Below are positions 60,692 through 64,000 of a stretch of 64,000 nucleotides of DNA, piece after piece (within the stretch, counting starts at the first letter, position 1; each line of letters begins with the position of its first letter). The DNA is from Podarcis liolepis (taxonomy: Eukaryota). Location: NCBI GenBank assembly GCA_965112155.1, contig OZ218101.1; one strand, given 5' to 3'. Made by a program: the position numbers and the translations under genes. Under the pieces are notes generated by a model that saw only the letters and a program-made list of their open reading frames with translations, ran no database searches and was not told where the DNA came from.

Positions 60692-63572
60692 TAGGGGGTT
60701 GTATGCACCTTCAGAAAATTATACTGTGATGGTTGAAATGTTGAGGGTTGCATCCAATTATCTTCTACTCATAGAACATTCATTAAAGCTAACAAACCTA
60801 AGTTAGCTATGTCTATTAATTATTCTGTGTGTAACTAAGATTTCAAGCAATGCTGATGGTTTGACAGAACAAGTTTTTGATAAGTTAGTTTTTTCCCTTT
60901 TGAATGTAATGCCCCTCAGCAATGGTCTAAAATAAGGATTTCATAATGCAGCAGGTCAATAAAATTTATCCCAAAGCCCAACATCTATAATCATATATTT
61001 CTTTAAGATCAGTTCACAGTTCATGTCAGAATTTACATGACATATAGCTCATGATATGCAATGCACATAATTTGTGACTGATTGTGGCTTCCTAGGGCAT
61101 GCATTGTACATTGCAACCACTTTCTAACCGTTTTAAGTGCCAATATGCTGGAAGCTATGGTCATAAGTGTACTTCATAGTGCAATCTTATATGTTTCTAC
61201 ACAGAAGTAGGCCCCACTGAGCTTACTGCCGGATAAGTGAACTTTGAATCCATGTTCTTGGTTTGAGTAGAGCTGTAGGATCAACATTATACATAAAAAG
61301 CACACCTGCAGTTCATGTACAGTAGCAGCCTCCATCGAGGAATGTCATCATGTATGAAGCAGCTTGTCACAGTTTGTCTCTATGGTGTGGTTCCTTACTT
61401 CAGGTTCTGCCTGGTGGATTCTTACATCCCCATTGAGCCAAGGACCTTTCTCATCACAGGGTCTCCCTTCAGCAGGCAGCCCCTGTTGATACTTTTCTAT
61501 TTCTCTGGTTCCTCACTGCATCTGCAGTCCCTGAGTTTCTTCTGAACCTGCCCTTGAGGCTTTTCCTATAAGAAATCATCCCCCACCGCGCACCTTTCTT
61601 CTGTGAGTTGCGAGATCTTGAAAAACCCTTTCTCCCTTTTGCCTAATCTCCATTCTGTGGTGCTTCTCCTGCCTCACTTTTCCACTCACAATGGCCACCA
61701 TTTTTTGAGCTGTGAGATGCGTGAGAGTTGTGGTGACCCACTTTTGGCCCAGACCTGTTTCTGTCTGGCCAGGCTGAAAGCAGGATGCCACAGAGGCCAG
61801 CACAACGCACCCTGCTCAGTTCCTCACACGACTCTTCTCAAGATGACCCGATATTTCTCATTTGAGTTGCAGTGGCTAAATCCCTATGGCTGTTTTAGCT
61901 TTTGATCTTCCTCCCCTCTTTTGAGTTGTTTGAGCGTAATTACTTTAAGTAGGTAGGGGTTTCCCCCTCCTTGCACTTCATATATTAATATCATTAATCA
62001 TTAGCACCTTTAAATTCACTCTGCATTGCTTTAATAAATGTTAAATTATGAATGTGGACAAAGAAATTACACCTAGGTGATTTTAAAGCACAGCCAGGAA
62101 AATAATAGAGTCTCTAGTGAGCTTTCGAGAAATGAGATTAGTCTTGGAGATATGTACCTAAAAGATGGGTTATTAATGAAGTATGGATGAAAGCCAGAAA
62201 TGGCCAGGAAATATTCATAATGTTTTGTCTGAGTGGCTAAAGCATCGTCACATATCTCATTCTCTCCTTTCTTCATATTAGGGAAAGGTACTTTTCAAAA
62301 AAGTGCATATTAGGCAAATTCACTTTTAAATGTGTATATTTTAAGAGAACTTTGCGTTAAAATGCTGAAGAATTTCCATGAGGATTTAAACTTGCATGCG
62401 CGCGCACACACACACACACACACTGATGATGAAATATGAAGACCTTAACTTAGGACCGGGAAAAAAATGAGAAATTGAGAGAAACTGAAATTGACAGATT
62501 TGTACAATGCATTCTTCGTGTTATTATTACTAATATATGCATTTGTATGCACACTTAACTCCAGTATATATGTTTGTGTACATCTAACTTTGCCATAGAA
62601 CTGCACTGCAAAATTTGGAGAAGTGCAAATTTTCAGAGAAAGCTGTGTTTCAGTTCACATATTGCTTCTTCACCAGGTGCAAATTTGGTAGGTTCACCAT
62701 GAAATGTGAATGGAAAAAATATATATTTTCCCCGTCCTTACCCGCACCCCAGTAAAAGCGGGTGACCGTCCTTTAGCAATATACTGGAGATGAAAAGCCA
62801 AAAACACATAGCCAGCCACACTTAAAACACAGCCTGTGAAAGCCTTTCCTCACATATTTGCCATGTCTTCCTTACTGCAAGCACAGCCCCATCTGTTAAT
62901 AAGCAGGCATTAGCGGAAAGCTGAAAGTTAAACAGTCATTCTGAGTTAAACAAATTCACAGCGTTTGAATGTTTGATTCACAATGCGAATGTCAGTCCTT
63001 GGCTGCGGCTTCATCTCCTTAATGTTTTGTTTTAAATTGAAATTGATCCTCTTTGTTCAAAGATTGTAATTTGAAACACCTTACAAGCAATTAGCCTGCA
63101 ATGAATCTATTTTCAAAATGTGCCCAGCCTAGGCAATATTTATTAACGTGCGCTCTCTCTGGCCCCTTGTTATCGCAGGCGACAGATGATGCAACCCTAA
63201 CTGTAGCTCAGCGGCACATTGCATGAAGCATTGGAGGTCTGATAACACATTAAACTCTACCATTAGGGGGGCCTTCTTCCTCTTCAGCGTTTCTGCCGGC
63301 TCTGCTGAGAAAATTGTTAGTGGCTGGCTGCATTTCCCCCTTCTACTTTTGCACTCCATTGTGCTCATTATGTCACACAGGGCTTAAAACTCCTAACTGC
63401 TCAGGCTGGCTCATGAGGGTAGCTGATTTATTACACAGTCTCTCCCTCCCCTGAACAATTATTCACAGATGGGTAAGTCCATTACGGGAGGGGAGGGGCT
63501 GAGAACATGCCGCTATTTTAAAAGTAGGGTATCATTTCTCAGCGTGAGAAACGTCCCAACAAAAGAAAATGC

Positions 63573-63622
63573 CATTATAAATCTTACATTTCATTTGTCA
63601 TTATAAATCTTACATTTCATTT
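63573..63622. repeat. Tandem duplication, 26-bp period
   Basis: CATTATAAATCTTACATTTCATTT at 63573-63596 and 63599-63622. Confidence 0.92.
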
Positions 63623-63863
63623 CAATCACGCTCTTGACTAATAACAGGGGCTATTTTGCAGCCACTGTGTTATTAGGGATGTTTATATCATTTAGAAGGC
63701 TTGCTGTCGGGAGCCATAGCTAAGGATCAATTCTTTCAAAATACACACACACCGCACAAGAAAGTGTCCTGATGATTTTAAAGTATTTTTAAACACTGTC
63801 ATTATACCCTTTCATAAATCAAACATTGAGAGGGGGTGATCAGAAAACACACCAATCTTTGAC

Positions 63864-63895
63864 TGCCTGCCTGCCTTGCCTTGCCTTGCCTTGCC
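63864..63895. repeat. (TGCC)n/(TTGCC)n microsatellite
   Basis: Direct observation. Confidence 0.85.
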
Positions 63896-64000
63896 ATTTC
63901 TCCCTTTGGGGTATGGCGAGAAATAGCCAGCTAGGAAGGTATCCTTTATCCTTCCCATAAATATCAGCTAAGAAAGGGATGAGTGACTTCTGGATGAAAG

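Noticed and set aside
1-64000. CRISPR arrays, operons, rRNA or other prokaryotic systems
   Set aside because: The sequence is vertebrate nuclear DNA; no regularly spaced repeat-spacer array or gene-dense region exists.

Overview
Non-coding, repeat-rich vertebrate DNA, almost certainly from a squamate. A lacertid lizard is most likely, judging by Sauria/Squam1, Squam2 and Squam3 SINEs, Bov-B, and CR1 with (ATTCTATG)n tails. I recognise no host protein-coding exon. Every convincing ORF is a retrotransposon remnant (CR1, Bov-B, a second RTE family, L1). The window looks like a large intron or gene desert with several repeat-free, enhancer-like blocks and one 149-bp assembly gap. Most interesting signals: (1) two ~245-bp direct repeats (13288-13532, 14758-15000), each carrying a decayed minimal type-I hammerhead ribozyme core, i.e. 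a Penelope pseudo-LTR or retrozyme-like element; (2) a three-copy non-coding family, probably DIRS/Ngaro-related, whose complete copy reads as a TATA-to-AATAAA unit with a covarying, U-rich-loop, ENE-like RNA structure; (3) a young CR1 with an uninterrupted endonuclease ORF but the reverse transcriptase deleted; (4) a 140-bp foldback with strand-biased G-U pairs; (5) a candidate recursive splice site. All family names come from recognition by eye, not database searches.
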